Shown piece by piece: positions 48,475-59,041 of a stretch of 64,000 nt of DNA. Numbering within the stretch: the stretch's first letter is position 1; each line of letters starts with the position of its first letter. This stretch comes from Candidatus Campbellbacteria bacterium. Its GTDB lineage: Bacteria > Patescibacteriota > Minisyncoccia > Phycocordibacterales > EsbW-18. The stretch covers positions 269,668 through 333,667 of the forward strand of contig CP064977.1 in assembly GCA_016699465.1 (NCBI GenBank), given 5' to 3'. Under the pieces are notes generated by a model, which was not told where the DNA came from, did not search any database, and saw nothing but the letters and a program-made list of their open reading frames with translations. The translations under genes and the position numbers were made by a program.

Positions 48475-49182
48475 ATGGAAAAACCACTCTATCCCATGCG
48501 GATTAACAAGTATTTGGCGCTGAAGAAGCACTCTACACGACGTGGTGCTGATGAACTCATTAAAAAGAAACAAGTTTTCATTAACGGAAAACTTGCCGTC
48601 CTTGGTGATAAGGTAGAACAAAAAGACAAAGTGGATGTACGATATCGCGGTAAACAAAAACCGTATCTCTATATCGCGTACAATAAACCACGAGGAATTA
48701 TCACCCACTCTGCACAAGAGGGAGAGCAAGAAATTAAAGAGGTTGTGGCTCTCAAAGATGTCTTCCCTGTTGGACGACTCGACAAAGATTCACACGGGCT
48801 TATCATCCTCACGAATGATGGGCGTATCACCGAACGACTTCTCGGACCAACGTACGCACACGAAAAAGAATATGTTGTAAAGACAAAAAATAAACTACGA
48901 CCAAACTTCAAAGAAAAAATGGAAGCTGGTGTAAAAATAGAAAAAGAGCACACCGAAAAATGCAAGGTGCGCATTCTCAACGATCACACATTCAGAGTTA
49001 TTCTCACCGAAGGAAAGAAACACCAGATTCGACGCATGTGTGTTGCTCTCTTTCAAGAAGTACAAGACCTCAAACGAGTTCGTGTCATGAATATTGAACT
49101 CGGCACTCTTGCAGAAGGAGAACACCGGGAGCTCAAAGGAGAGGAACTCCGCACGTTTTTGCACGCACTCGAATTGGCGTAA
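48475..49182 (+). CDS. Pseudouridine synthase, RsuA/RluB family (S4 + catalytic domain)
   Basis: RINKYLA S4 start, catalytic PVGRLDKDSHGLIILTNDG. I chose the ATG at 48475 to avoid overlap with the previous gene. Confidence 0.8.
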   Translation: MEKPLYPMRINKYLALKKHSTRRGADELIKKKQVFINGKLAVLGDKVEQKDKVDVRYRGKQKPYLYIAYNKPRGIITHSAQEGEQEIKEVVALKDVFPVGRLDKDSHGLIILTNDGRITERLLGPTYAHEKEYVVKTKNKLRPNFKEKMEAGVKIEKEHTEKCKVRILNDHTFRVILTEGKKHQIRRMCVALFQEVQDLKRVRVMNIELGTLAEGEHRELKGEELRTFLHALELA

Positions 49183-49192
49183 TGTTTAAAGA

Positions 49193-50692
49193 TTATTTCT
49201 CCAAATCGAGAATATCGTCAATACGAATTTTCTCCACGAACTCAGGTACGTGTGATACTAACACCATCGCACCCTCATACTTATTAAGGGCCTCGGCAAT
49301 AACAGGAATATGACGGAAGTTAATGTGGTTTGTTGGCTCATCAAGAATAAGGAGTCCTGGTTTTTGGAGAACAAGTCGAGCAAATGCAACAAGACCCTTC
49401 TGCCCTTCCGATAGGCTTCCAATTTTACTTTGAATAAGATCTGCAGTAATAAGAAATCCTGCAGCAGTTGCACGAAGAGTTTCCTCAAGGTGTTCTTTCA
49501 TAACAGACGAAAGTGAGTCATAGACGGTATCTTCAAAGTTAAGTGTTGAAAAATCCTGTCGATAATATCCAACCGTCGTACCCTCGAGTATTTTTGACCC
49601 TTCAGCTGTGCCTTTTGCAATTGCCTCAAGAAGCGTGCTTTTACCAATACCATTTGGCCCCCTCAATAAAAGGTGCCAGTTTTTACGCACGGTAACATTT
49701 GCCTTTCGTTCTACAAACTTATGCGTCTTTGGACTCATCGTCTTAAACTTGGTAATCGTGAGGATATCTCCCACAAGTCCTTTTTGAAATGGAATAGTGA
49801 ATGAACGGATAGTTTTATCATCTTTTCGTGTATCCACCTTACTTTCTTCAAGCTCTTCAGCTTCTTCACGCATACGTCGTGCAACTAAGCGCATCTTTCC
49901 TCCTTTATGCGCAAAAAAGTTTGCCTTGTCTTTGTTATCTTGAATTTTTTTTGCTAGCTGTGCATTCTTTCGATTCTCTCGTTCTACTTGAGCCGCAATT
50001 TGCTCAACCACATCAAAATAGTTTCCAACATACTGTTGGACTTTCTTTGTATAAATATCAAGGTATAGCACCGCATCAGTAAATGCGTTTAAAAATTCAG
50101 AGTCGTGCGAAATAACCATCAACGTTTTTTTGTACTGCTTCAAAAAGTCGGTGAGATGCGCAATACCAGCTTTATCTAGGTTATTTGTTGGTTCATCGAG
50201 TAGAAGCAGGTCTGGGTCTTGGATAAGTGCAGACGCAAGAAGAAGTCGTGCTTGTTGACCTCCAGAAAATGAACGGATAATGCGTTCGTGCATTTTTTCA
50301 TGCCCTTTCAAATTTACCACCTCAAGCACGTCGTCAATTTTAGGATCAATATTGTGGATCTTACCAATATCTTTTCGCAAACCAGCTTGTACAGAGTCTT
50401 CAAATGCTTTTGCAAAAAACTCACGAACCGTCAAATCAAGTTCGTCACGTGGAATGACTTGTCGAGCAATTGCAATAGTAAGTCCGTTAACCTTGGACAC
50501 CTCACCGTCTTCTGGTGCTACAACCCCAGTAATGAGTTTAAAAATGGTACTTTTACCGCCTCCATTTTGTCCCATGATGGTTAGTTTTGAATTTCGGCGT
50601 ACGGAGAAAGAAACCTCATCCAAAATAGGCTTTGTGGGCTCGTATGCAAAACTGAGTTCTTCAAAACGAAGAATAATTTCATCTCGTGACAT
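49193..50692 (-). CDS. ABC-F family ATPase (two ABC cassettes, no TMD)
   Basis: Two Walker A motifs (GQNGGGKST, GPNGIGKST), two LSGGQ-type signatures and a linker. ATG at 50692. Confidence 0.85.
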   Translation of the reverse strand: MSRDEIILRFEELSFAYEPTKPILDEVSFSVRRNSKLTIMGQNGGGKSTIFKLITGVVAPEDGEVSKVNGLTIAIARQVIPRDELDLTVREFFAKAFEDSVQAGLRKDIGKIHNIDPKIDDVLEVVNLKGHEKMHERIIRSFSGGQQARLLLASALIQDPDLLLLDEPTNNLDKAGIAHLTDFLKQYKKTLMVISHDSEFLNAFTDAVLYLDIYTKKVQQYVGNYFDVVEQIAAQVERENRKNAQLAKKIQDNKDKANFFAHKGGKMRLVARRMREEAEELEESKVDTRKDDKTIRSFTIPFQKGLVGDILTITKFKTMSPKTHKFVERKANVTVRKNWHLLLRGPNGIGKSTLLEAIAKGTAEGSKILEGTTVGYYRQDFSTLNFEDTVYDSLSSVMKEHLEETLRATAAGFLITADLIQSKIGSLSEGQKGLVAFARLVLQKPGLLILDEPTNHINFRHIPVIAEALNKYEGAMVLVSHVPEFVEKIRIDDILDLEK

Positions 50693-50754
50693 AGGAGGTG
50701 CACAATACCACAAAAATACACTTTTGGATACCCGCGTGCCTAAAAACGAATACC

Positions 50755-51669
50755 CTATTGATTTACAACCAACGTGTCACGAATAGAGTCAAATTCACCA
50801 ATAAGCGCACCCCCATTAAACTCGGCAACTGTTCCTGGGTCATAATTTTGAACTGCCGTGTAGTGAACAAAGTATCGCACCGCCACACATGGATTCGTTC
50901 CGGAAAGTGCGTATACTGCTTCATCATATCTGTTTCCCGCCCCAGCATTTGATGAGGTCGCAACTGAATATGTTACCCCACTGCGCACTTCTTCTAGCGC
51001 ATTATGTACACCATCAAAAAAAAGGTCGGCGGTGCACGTTTCCGCGGTTGGAATAGTTTCAACGCTTATGTATGTATCTTTGGAAAGATTGGTTCCCGTT
51101 GTGTGTGAGGTAGGAATAGTAAACTTCGTTCCCTTAATTATTTTTTCTGGGCTTACTTGATACTGATAGTGTTCATCCACAGTGTATCCACTATCACCAC
51201 CAGGAAGACGCACCGAAAACATGCCGTCGTTACTTGAGTACACCCTACTCAATAACGAATCCTCTGACACTGGCGCAACCACCACACATCCTGTGTATGT
51301 TTTTTCTTCATCCTGCTCGAGCACTAACGCACCATTTCCTTTATTCCAAAATACAAACGATTCATCCGCATTTACAAAACGAACACCATCAGCTGAAATA
51401 GTTTGTTGGAGAGTCATCGTACGCCCATCGCTCAACGTAAGGTCGATATGTCCACTTGGTGTTGGCGGTTCATCGGCCGTTGCTCCTGGGACCACCTCAC
51501 CATCATAAAAAACTCCTGCGATAGTGTTACCACCCGCACACGAAAAGAGTGCAGACAGAGGTTTAGTGTTTGTCTGTTGTTGATTCGCAAAATGATTTAC
51601 GAGGTACCACCCACCACATATCGCAATAAGAATACCAATACTTGATAGAACAGTTTTATTCATACTCAT
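50755..51669 (-). CDS. Membrane-anchored protein with N-terminal MliC-like (lysozyme-inhibitor fold) domain plus unknown C-domain
   Basis: HIDLTLSDGRTMTLQQTISADGVRFVNADESFVFWNKGNGALVL...TGC resembles the MliC pattern. Signal/TM segment at the N-terminus. Confidence 0.5.
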   Translation of the reverse strand: MSMNKTVLSSIGILIAICGGWYLVNHFANQQQTNTKPLSALFSCAGGNTIAGVFYDGEVVPGATADEPPTPSGHIDLTLSDGRTMTLQQTISADGVRFVNADESFVFWNKGNGALVLEQDEEKTYTGCVVVAPVSEDSLLSRVYSSNDGMFSVRLPGGDSGYTVDEHYQYQVSPEKIIKGTKFTIPTSHTTGTNLSKDTYISVETIPTAETCTADLFFDGVHNALEEVRSGVTYSVATSSNAGAGNRYDEAVYALSGTNPCVAVRYFVHYTAVQNYDPGTVAEFNGGALIGEFDSIRDTLVVNQ

Positions 51670-51686
51670 TTTTTAAATCTAATGTA

Positions 51687-52574
51687 TTATTTTGAATACA
51701 GCGTAAACAACGCCTTAATTCCAGCAAGGTTTTGTTCCCACTCAATTGTTTCGTGTGTTTTGAGTTCGACGGTAACCGCAGGAATATTAATAGACGCAAG
51801 CCACCCTTCAGCATCACCAGTAATTGGATACGCATCAAATGATGACACTGCTGGATACCCAGCCGCTTTTGCATATGCATTCATAACTTCAAGAGTTTTT
51901 GGAAGAATCCCCTTCTCACACTCGGACGCATACACCGCATTTGATTGACTGTGCCAAAACACAACAACGTCCGGTTTTTCTTTCAAAACAAAATCACGAA
52001 GTGCCGACGTTTCAGGCTCCGAAAATGCCGACGTTCCAGCAGAAACTATTTTTGATTGCCACGTACTTTCGCTCTTCCATTTACAATCAAAGTTACGATT
52101 GAGATCTACACCGTGTGCATTGAAACGACCTGGTGCCCGCACTTCTTTACCACCCGTCGGAACATCTGCTGCAGCAAAACGACCTTCTTTACCAATCACT
52201 TTAAACACACCATCTGGATTAGCTGAAGGTATAACGGTGATAGTAAGATTTTTTGGAATAATCAATGGATTAGTTTTCAAATAATCCATGAACTGATAGG
52301 CCAAGAGAATGCTGTTCCATTCGTATCCACCATGAATCCCACCAACAAACAAAAGATGTGTTGTTCCTGTCCCGTACGTGTACGCATCAATAGTGCGACC
52401 CTGTACAGACTTTCCAATCACTGTATGTGCATATCCAAGGTCTTGTGGTTTTTCTTGAGGCACCGGAACATTCGCAGGAGTCTTTATGCGCACAACCACA
52501 AAAGTAAGTACGCCTATAAATACCAAGGCAATAAGAACAGCCGTGACGATTTGTTTCGTAGAGAAAGATCGCAT
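51687..52574 (-). CDS. M14-family zinc carboxypeptidase (paralog 1)
   Basis: VGGIHGGYEWNS (HxxE zinc site), ANPDGV, later His. TM anchor. Confidence 0.7.
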   Translation of the reverse strand: MRSFSTKQIVTAVLIALVFIGVLTFVVVRIKTPANVPVPQEKPQDLGYAHTVIGKSVQGRTIDAYTYGTGTTHLLFVGGIHGGYEWNSILLAYQFMDYLKTNPLIIPKNLTITVIPSANPDGVFKVIGKEGRFAAADVPTGGKEVRAPGRFNAHGVDLNRNFDCKWKSESTWQSKIVSAGTSAFSEPETSALRDFVLKEKPDVVVFWHSQSNAVYASECEKGILPKTLEVMNAYAKAAGYPAVSSFDAYPITGDAEGWLASINIPAVTVELKTHETIEWEQNLAGIKALFTLYSK

Positions 52575-52590
52575 TACTTTTTACGTAGTA

Positions 52591-53490
52591 TTACTGAGCA
52601 AACTGCTTAAAGAGTGCTTCAATACCAGCTTTGTTTTTTGTCCATTCGGTGTCGGTGTGGTTCGTGAGAAGAACACTGATTGCGGGAACGTTATCTTTTG
52701 CAAGCCAGTTCACCATATCACCTGTTGTCTCGTAAAAATCAAAACTCTCATATGCAGGATATCCTGAAGCCGTTGCGTACGCGTTTGTCATTGCGCGTGT
52801 CTCTGTAGAAACGGGACCGTTACAACTTGATGCGTATACACCTCCAGCGGCACTGTACCACACAACAACCGCGTTAGGATCGAGTGTCGTTACGTAATCT
52901 CGGACAGCTTTACTTTCTGGTTCAGAAAATGCACTTGTTCCACCAGAAACTGATTTGTTTTGCCATGTGCCTGTTGCCTGCCATCCACAATCAAAGTTTC
53001 GGTTGAGGTCCACGTTGTTTGCGTTGAAACGACCAGAAACAGCCACTTGTTGTGATGGGGACACATCAGCTGATGTAAAGCGTCCTGCAGTACCAACAAC
53101 TTTGTTAAGACCATCTGGATTCACAACAGGAATAACAGTCACTCGCACATTTGCAGGTATAGCAGATGGAGTTGCTTTGAGATAGTCCATCAATTCGTAG
53201 GCAACCTGAACTGTGTTCCATTCATATCCACCGTGGATACCTCCAACAAAAAGAAGTTTTGTAGTTCCTGTACCAAAGTTGTACGCAACAATATCACGTC
53301 CTTCAACAGACTTTCCAATAACCACCTCCGCCTTGTCACCTTGATCTTCTGATACTACAGTTGTTGTAGATGTGGTTGTCGTTGCCACAGAAACCGGCAT
53401 ATCAACCACCTTAGGAGCTTGGCGTAGTAAAAAATAACCTCCGATACCAATTAGAATAATGACAACGAGGGCAATAATTGTGTTTTTCAT
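52591..53490 (-). CDS. M14-family zinc carboxypeptidase (paralog 2)
   Basis: VGGIHGGYEWNT and VNPDG. Roughly 50% identical to paralog 1 by eye. Confidence 0.7.
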   Translation of the reverse strand: MKNTIIALVVIILIGIGGYFLLRQAPKVVDMPVSVATTTTSTTTVVSEDQGDKAEVVIGKSVEGRDIVAYNFGTGTTKLLFVGGIHGGYEWNTVQVAYELMDYLKATPSAIPANVRVTVIPVVNPDGLNKVVGTAGRFTSADVSPSQQVAVSGRFNANNVDLNRNFDCGWQATGTWQNKSVSGGTSAFSEPESKAVRDYVTTLDPNAVVVWYSAAGGVYASSCNGPVSTETRAMTNAYATASGYPAYESFDFYETTGDMVNWLAKDNVPAISVLLTNHTDTEWTKNKAGIEALFKQFAQ

Positions 53491-53556
53491 ATAGGGATAG
53501 TATACGGCAAAAACCCTTTACTAGCTACTACCCAAAAATCCTTACCAACTAACACC

Positions 53557-54117
53557 CTACAGCTTCTTTGCACAAAGAATAAAACAGGGAGGAAAATTGC
53601 GCGGCTCAAATTTCATAGACACGGTACCAAAAATATCTTGCAGCGGCTTTTTCATAAGCCAACTATATTGATGAAAGATGATACACAAGCCACCAGGAGC
53701 CAAGAGATTGAATACCTCACTCACTACCTTGGTCCGCTCCGCTGGACTCAAAAATGAAAAAGGGATGCTTGAAACAACCACGTCAGCAGAACTATACAGC
53801 GCCATATCCTCTGACGTCATATGCTGTACAAGGTTCTGCATAATGGTTAACCGCGAATCGTTAATACGTCCGAGCTCAAGAACAAAAGACTCATTTGATT
53901 CAATCGCTAACATTTTCCCTGAAACAGGAAGTTTCTCTAACAGGGCGCGGGTCATAACACCATCTCCAGCCCCATACTCAACAACAGTGGAGAAATTTTT
54001 AGGCAACATAGCAAGAACATCTTCCACAACATAGTGTGAACTCATTGTTATGGCACCGACTTCCTTTGAACTTCCAAGTGCTTTTTTTAGAAATGAAAAT
54101 CGTTCACGCCAATTCAT
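53557..54117 (-). CDS. Class I SAM-dependent methyltransferase
   Basis: Motif I VVEYGAGDGVMT, 186 aa. Confidence 0.6.
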   Translation of the reverse strand: MNWRERFSFLKKALGSSKEVGAITMSSHYVVEDVLAMLPKNFSTVVEYGAGDGVMTRALLEKLPVSGKMLAIESNESFVLELGRINDSRLTIMQNLVQHMTSEDMALYSSADVVVSSIPFSFLSPAERTKVVSEVFNLLAPGGLCIIFHQYSWLMKKPLQDIFGTVSMKFEPRNFPPCFILCAKKL

Positions 54118-54698
54118 ACAAATAAAGAGAGAAGAGTATGACTATACTTTAAAAGATATTGACCAAAAAAGATATACAGCGCAACAATTGTTCCTTCTCC
54201 AATCGTAATGCCGAGAACAAATTTTCTGATATCAACCCGGAGCGTACCACACACGTAACAAATAATATCTGTCGGCAAAATCGGAGCAAAACTCCAAAGG
54301 ATGATGATGGGAAGTTCATTTTTTTCGAGCAGGGTCCGTATTTGAACCACTCTCGCGTGATGTTTTTTCTCAAAAAAGGTATCTACGTGCAAGTATTCTG
54401 AGAAATAGTACACACTTATCGAAGAGATAATAATTCCTGCAAGAATAACAAAAAATAGTGGGACTGGTGCAAAGAAAAACAAACCAACCACAATTAAGTA
54501 CGTCGAAGGGACAAGAGTGAATCCGCGCAACGCTCCAATGAGAAGCAGGAGCGCATATCCAAAATACACCGACACTCCCATCACGTGTGTCAGTGCTCGT
54601 TGGAACAGTGTTGGGTAATACACGTAGACAAACAATCCCCCGCACACGACAAGAATCCACAAAAAAAGAAACAACATTTTTGAACGAAATGAAATCAT
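54114..54698 (-). CDS. DedA / TVP38-TMEM64 family membrane protein
   Basis: Characteristic re-entrant topology and GxxxVPSTYL region. Confidence 0.65.
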   Translation of the reverse strand: MISFRSKMLFLFLWILVVCGGLFVYVYYPTLFQRALTHVMGVSVYFGYALLLLIGALRGFTLVPSTYLIVVGLFFFAPVPLFFVILAGIIISSISVYYFSEYLHVDTFFEKKHHARVVQIRTLLEKNELPIIILWSFAPILPTDIICYVCGTLRVDIRKFVLGITIGEGTIVALYIFFGQYLLKYSHTLLSLFV

Positions 54699-55108
54699 GT
54701 ACGCGGTATGACATTACTTTTTTCTATACGCGAAGCAAGAAATGGAGAAAATGCGAGAACGAGCATTCCAAATGGAAGTAGACCTCCCGCAAAAAGATTG
54801 TAGTCAAAGAGAATGCTCTCGAGCGACGATCCTGCAACAAAATACCCAAATGAAAATTCAAATATGAGTGTTAGTACAAGCCACAGCAACCCGACATTTA
54901 GTCGCTGGCGGGCAGTCTGAAAATGAAGATAGGGTGACGCACAATACACAACCGTCATGATAAGCGCGGAACCAATACACACACCCACTTGGCTCCCCAC
55001 GAACATACCAACAATAGGAAGTATGAACATTCTTCGAAGAATGCCGTGGATAATTTCAGCGATGATAAGTATCACCCACACACCAAGAGCTCGTAGATAT
55101 GTACGCAT
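54695..55108 (-). CDS. Hypothetical membrane protein
   Basis: Four TM segments. Starts overlap in operon style with the neighbouring genes. Confidence 0.5.
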   Translation of the reverse strand: MRTYLRALGVWVILIIAEIIHGILRRMFILPIVGMFVGSQVGVCIGSALIMTVVYCASPYLHFQTARQRLNVGLLWLVLTLIFEFSFGYFVAGSSLESILFDYNLFAGGLLPFGMLVLAFSPFLASRIEKSNVIPRT

Positions 55109-55269
55109 GCATGTAGTATACCAAGTTTATCTTCGTGGTGAAAAAGGCGGGTGAAAAAAATACACGCACGGCCCGCTACAAAGGAGTGTGAGCCAGAGTG
55201 CAACGAAATATGCTTTTGAATGGAGAGAAGACATTTGTTGGCTATGTGGGACGATAGTGGAACTAATTT

Positions 55270-55857
55270 TTATTCTTTTGGCTTCTCTACCTTATAACGC
55301 CTGTACATATCTTCGATGTTTTCTTCTAGGGTTGGCAGACCCATTTCTGCACGACGTAGATTTACTTCTTCTTCATTTTCAATCTCTCGAGGGACAAACC
55401 TCCCATCTTTTTGATCAAACTGTGTGCCGTATACTTGCGGGGTTTTATTATGTATGCGGATTCTATCCTCTAGATATGCGATGTCATGTAGAGAAACCTC
55501 TCCTTGTGGCTCCCGCTTCATAAGACCGAGACACATAATCTGAAACGCAATATCGTGATCAGCGTGTTGGATAAGAAGCCATGCATCTTTTGAAGCATCC
55601 GCACCAACTTTTGAAACTGTTGGCCAACCAATCTCTTCCACAATTTCCTTCATTCTTTCGGTATTATTCTTATCCACTTCCTCATCCCAAAATTCTTCTT
55701 CATCAATATGTCGTTCCCGCATACCTTGATCCACAGCAGCCATCTGCTGAATTTCTGAGGCAATTTCAGGAAGTTGTACAATCTCTATTTTGTTATCGGG
55801 AAGTTTTTCCATATATGTAAACCTCACGTGACGATGTTGAACATGCTTACCAAACAT
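55270..55857 (-). CDS. Hypothetical acidic protein
   Basis: ORF only. An alternative start lies at 55812. Confidence 0.45.
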   Translation of the reverse strand: MFGKHVQHRHVRFTYMEKLPDNKIEIVQLPEIASEIQQMAAVDQGMRERHIDEEEFWDEEVDKNNTERMKEIVEEIGWPTVSKVGADASKDAWLLIQHADHDIAFQIMCLGLMKREPQGEVSLHDIAYLEDRIRIHNKTPQVYGTQFDQKDGRFVPREIENEEEVNLRRAEMGLPTLEENIEDMYRRYKVEKPKE

Positions 55858-55904
55858 ATCCCAAATTCCAGAAATAGAGACCTCTAGTTTGTAATCTGAT
55901 TACC

Positions 55905-56438
55905 TTAACGAAATTTTGGTTTAAATTCACGAACCACAACCTCTTCTTCCGCTTTTATCTCAACTCGTTCCAACTCCTGAAACTCATTAATATAAAATAC
56001 ACCATCAAAACCATCTTCTATAACCGGAGGATTTTGTTTTAACATTTTATGCATCCTTTCTATCGCATATTCTGGCACCATTTTATCCCTTTCTTTGTTC
56101 CGCTCATTCGCTACTTCAAATGGAATAGCTGCGAATATACCTTGTACTTTTTCTGCACCATGTTCACGAGCAAATTGAATAAAACTTTTTCGCTCAAAAT
56201 CTTTTGCAAAGGTTGCATCAAAAACAACCGTTTCCCCTTTCTCTAGTGAGTCGACGACCCTACGATGCGCCTCTTCCCATACTTCTTTATTTTTTGATTG
56301 GTCAGAAGCATTTCCTGTAAGTTCAGCGCGAATCTCATCTGGAGAGATGTATATATAAGAATTCTTTTCTGCAAAAGGCTTAAGAGCTGTAGTCTTTCCT
56401 GAACCTGGAATACCTATACCCATAATTATTTTCGCCAT
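55905..56438 (-). CDS. P-loop kinase (AAA_33/polynucleotide-kinase-like)
   Basis: GIPGSGKTT Walker A with a Walker B VVFDATF, 177 aa. Confidence 0.65.
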   Translation of the reverse strand: MAKIIMGIGIPGSGKTTALKPFAEKNSYIYISPDEIRAELTGNASDQSKNKEVWEEAHRRVVDSLEKGETVVFDATFAKDFERKSFIQFAREHGAEKVQGIFAAIPFEVANERNKERDKMVPEYAIERMHKMLKQNPPVIEDGFDGVFYINEFQELERVEIKAEEEVVVREFKPKFR

Positions 56439-56499
56439 TTTTTTAGTTTAGTTTATATATAGTTTTTGTGTTGAACAAAACAGCCTGAAAAGTATTTTA

Positions 56500-57043
56500 T
56501 TATATATCAAAGGTCTGTAATGTTCCGTTTTCTGGAGTAAAAATGATTTCTTGTGTATATACACGTTGAAGCATTTTCATAATACCACCATGCGCAACAA
56601 TCAGAATTTTCTTCGAGCCATACTCTTTCTTTATAAAATCAAGAAATGCTAAAAGACGACGTTTGACATCTTCAGCACTCTCACCACCAAACCGAGTATA
56701 GTCGTATTTTTGCGCGCGGTCATCGTTATGAGCGGTCTCTGAAAACTCTTTTTCTATTTCATTCCAATTTTTCCCGGTCAACAAGCCAAAATCTCGTTCT
56801 ATTAATCTGTCATCAATTATTATGGGGGCATCGATGTGTTTCTTTAGAATCTCTGCAGTCTCCAAGGCCCTTTTGAGAGTGGAGGAAAAAAATAATATCA
56901 AACTTCTCCTTACCCAGTTCTGTAGCAATTTTTTCTGCTTGATGGATACCTTCATTGTTTAAAGGTTCATCAATTCTATTACCCATAACAAAACCTCTCT
57001 GGTTTGATTCGGTCTGCCCGTGTCTAACTACAAATATTTTCAT
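56500..57043 (-). pseudogene. Histidine phosphatase (phosphoglycerate-mutase family), frameshifted at an A-run
   Basis: ORF 56813..57043 encodes the N-terminal RHG motif (IFVVRHGQTESN). ORF 56500..56955 encodes the rest (LKRALETAEIL...IVAHGG). The frames overlap around the ggaaaaaaataat run near 56888. Confidence 0.6.
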
Positions 57044-57136
57044 GTCTTATTTTTAAACAGAAAGGTGTCTGACCCTAACTCCCAAGTCGACCAGTGAAAA
57101 AATGGTCGGCGTTTTCATTAAGTAATTGAAACTTTT

Positions 57137-57664
57137 TTATAAAGCAATTTTTCTTAAAACATCGGCTGTAATTCTGCAATCCTCAAGGGCGTTATGGAGA
57201 TTTCTTGGTTCAGCTCCAAAATATTGGAATAATTCTTCAGAACTAGCGTCTCCTGTGTAACCATTTTTTAGCGCATAAATATATGCAGCGGGCCATATAT
57301 CTAGAACGTGAAAATCATACCTAGAAAAGCTAATTGGTCCTTCAGTAAAATCTACATTTGCTTTGCTCATAAGATTGGCAAAATGTGAAATATCTAAACT
57401 TTGAACCCACGATCCAATAAACACATTCGATCCAAACTTTTCATAAAGCATTTTACCAACTTCTTCCGGCTTTGGAGCATCATTTATCATCTTCTGAGTT
57501 ATTCCAGATTTCTTAACTATTTTACCTTCAAGATCAGCATAAATGTAAGAAAGAAAGTTATCTTTTTCTTCTAATGTTTCTTTGTCTAGTAATACCGCTC
57601 CAACTTGAACAGGATGTCTCACACCTTCAAAATCTATAAGAAGAATATCTTTCGCTAATTTCAT
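57137..57664 (-). CDS. DEDDh 3'-5' exonuclease domain protein
   Basis: LIDFEG (Exo I) and HNALEDCRITADV (Exo III, H-x4-D). Confidence 0.7.
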   Translation of the reverse strand: MKLAKDILLIDFEGVRHPVQVGAVLLDKETLEEKDNFLSYIYADLEGKIVKKSGITQKMINDAPKPEEVGKMLYEKFGSNVFIGSWVQSLDISHFANLMSKANVDFTEGPISFSRYDFHVLDIWPAAYIYALKNGYTGDASSEELFQYFGAEPRNLHNALEDCRITADVLRKIAL

Positions 57665-57683
57665 GTATTCAATAATATCACAT

Positions 57684-57755
57684 GCTGCCGGACTAGGGAT
57701 TGAATCTAGATTCCATGCTCCAAAGGCCCTTGTACCTGTTTTCTATCCAGAGTTG
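57684..57755. repeat. Direct repeat R1 (GCTGCCGGACTAGG-N-AGGCCCTTGTRCCTGTTTTCTRTCCAGAGTTG)
   Basis: About 85% identical to R2 at 61452..61513 in direct orientation. Confidence 0.6.
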
Positions 57756-57813
57756 GCTACCTGGCCCGCCTACCGAAGCCTCGACGCAGGCAAGGACGAT
57801 GTTGGAACGGCTA

Positions 57814-58254
57814 TTAAAGCTTAGCAAAAATAACCATCGTGATACCGATGAGAATCAAAGCAATACCACCTCCTTGTATCAAGGTCAGACTTTCCTTAAA
57901 GAACAGCCAGCCAACAATTGAAGGTATCGCAATAGCTCCTGCACCATAGATGACAGGAAACACATAAGAAAGATTTCCGCCACGGGCAAAAATAATGATG
58001 ACAAGAACATTCCAGGCGGCTATAGCCAAACCAGCTAGGACAGCATAAATGACCCCCGTTGAGGTCGTTACTACGGTAGAAGTTTTGTGTACTACTTTTT
58101 CGTAGAAATAATAGAGTAGAGGAAGAATCGCAGAAAGACCAGTAAAGATGGAGGCGCCGATATTCTCATTAATCTTTCCTCCCATTCGACCCAAAAAAAT
58201 CGCGAAGAGAGAATAAAGCAATACAGATATTATCGTCAGGGTTAAAACGCTCAT
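57814..58254 (-). CDS. Small DMT-superfamily (EamA/SMR-like) 4-TM transporter
   Basis: 146 aa, four hydrophobic helices. Confidence 0.55.
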   Translation of the reverse strand: MSVLTLTIISVLLYSLFAIFLGRMGGKINENIGASIFTGLSAILPLLYYFYEKVVHKTSTVVTTSTGVIYAVLAGLAIAAWNVLVIIIFARGGNLSYVFPVIYGAGAIAIPSIVGWLFFKESLTLIQGGGIALILIGITMVIFAKL

Positions 58255-58327
58255 AGGTTAATCATAAGACTGTTTCTGCAGAATATCAATCGCTGACTGT
58301 AAGACCTAGAGCTGGTATCATTAATCT

Positions 58328-58996
58328 ATGTTCAAAAAGGAAAACATCAAGGCCGTATTGTTCGATATGGACGGTACGCTCACAAATACTGAACCACTGG
58401 GAATAGAAGTAATGAAGACTTGTCTTGGAGAGATTGGGGTTCAGATAAGCGAAGAAGAATGGGTGCTTTTTGATAAAGTTTGGCGTCGTGATGGAACTGA
58501 GATGACAACGGAGGAATTCATCCACCAGATTCTAGGATCATATGCGTCCAATACAAACGAAGAGGAATTTACCAAAAGTTTTTATGACAGCTACGAAGGA
58601 GCGATAATCCGAGCTTCTCTTTTACCCGGAGCAAAGGAGCTTTTAGGAAAGCTTAAGGGGAAGTATTTGACTGCTCTTGTTACCGCAAGTAATCAATCGC
58701 AAACCCAAAAGGTTTTGAAGGAGCATGATTGGCAAGACGCTTTTACGGCAGTTGTTACTCAGGATGAATACAAAACAAAAAAGCCCGACCCAGCTTCATT
58801 TCTTATGGCGGCAAATCGACTTGGAGTATCTCCTGAATCCTGTGTTGTTATTGAAGATTCAAAGAATGGAAGTAGAGCCGGAAAAAATGCCGGTATGTAC
58901 GTTATCGGTGTGCGCGCAGGCAACGAACATCCGCAAGACTTGTCTGCTGCCGATATGATTGTGGAGACGCTTATCGAGCTTCACGAAAAATTTTAG
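58328..58996 (+). CDS. HAD-IA hydrolase (beta-phosphoglucomutase/phosphatase-like)
   Basis: Motif I LFDMDGTLTNTE. Later motifs (K-x-GKY) and a GD-like motif. Confidence 0.75.
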   Translation: MFKKENIKAVLFDMDGTLTNTEPLGIEVMKTCLGEIGVQISEEEWVLFDKVWRRDGTEMTTEEFIHQILGSYASNTNEEEFTKSFYDSYEGAIIRASLLPGAKELLGKLKGKYLTALVTASNQSQTQKVLKEHDWQDAFTAVVTQDEYKTKKPDPASFLMAANRLGVSPESCVVIEDSKNGSRAGKNAGMYVIGVRAGNEHPQDLSAADMIVETLIELHEKF

Positions 58997-59041
58997 AGAA
59001 GCGAATTTACGGGTTGGCTATCTAGTACGATGTTGGAACAT

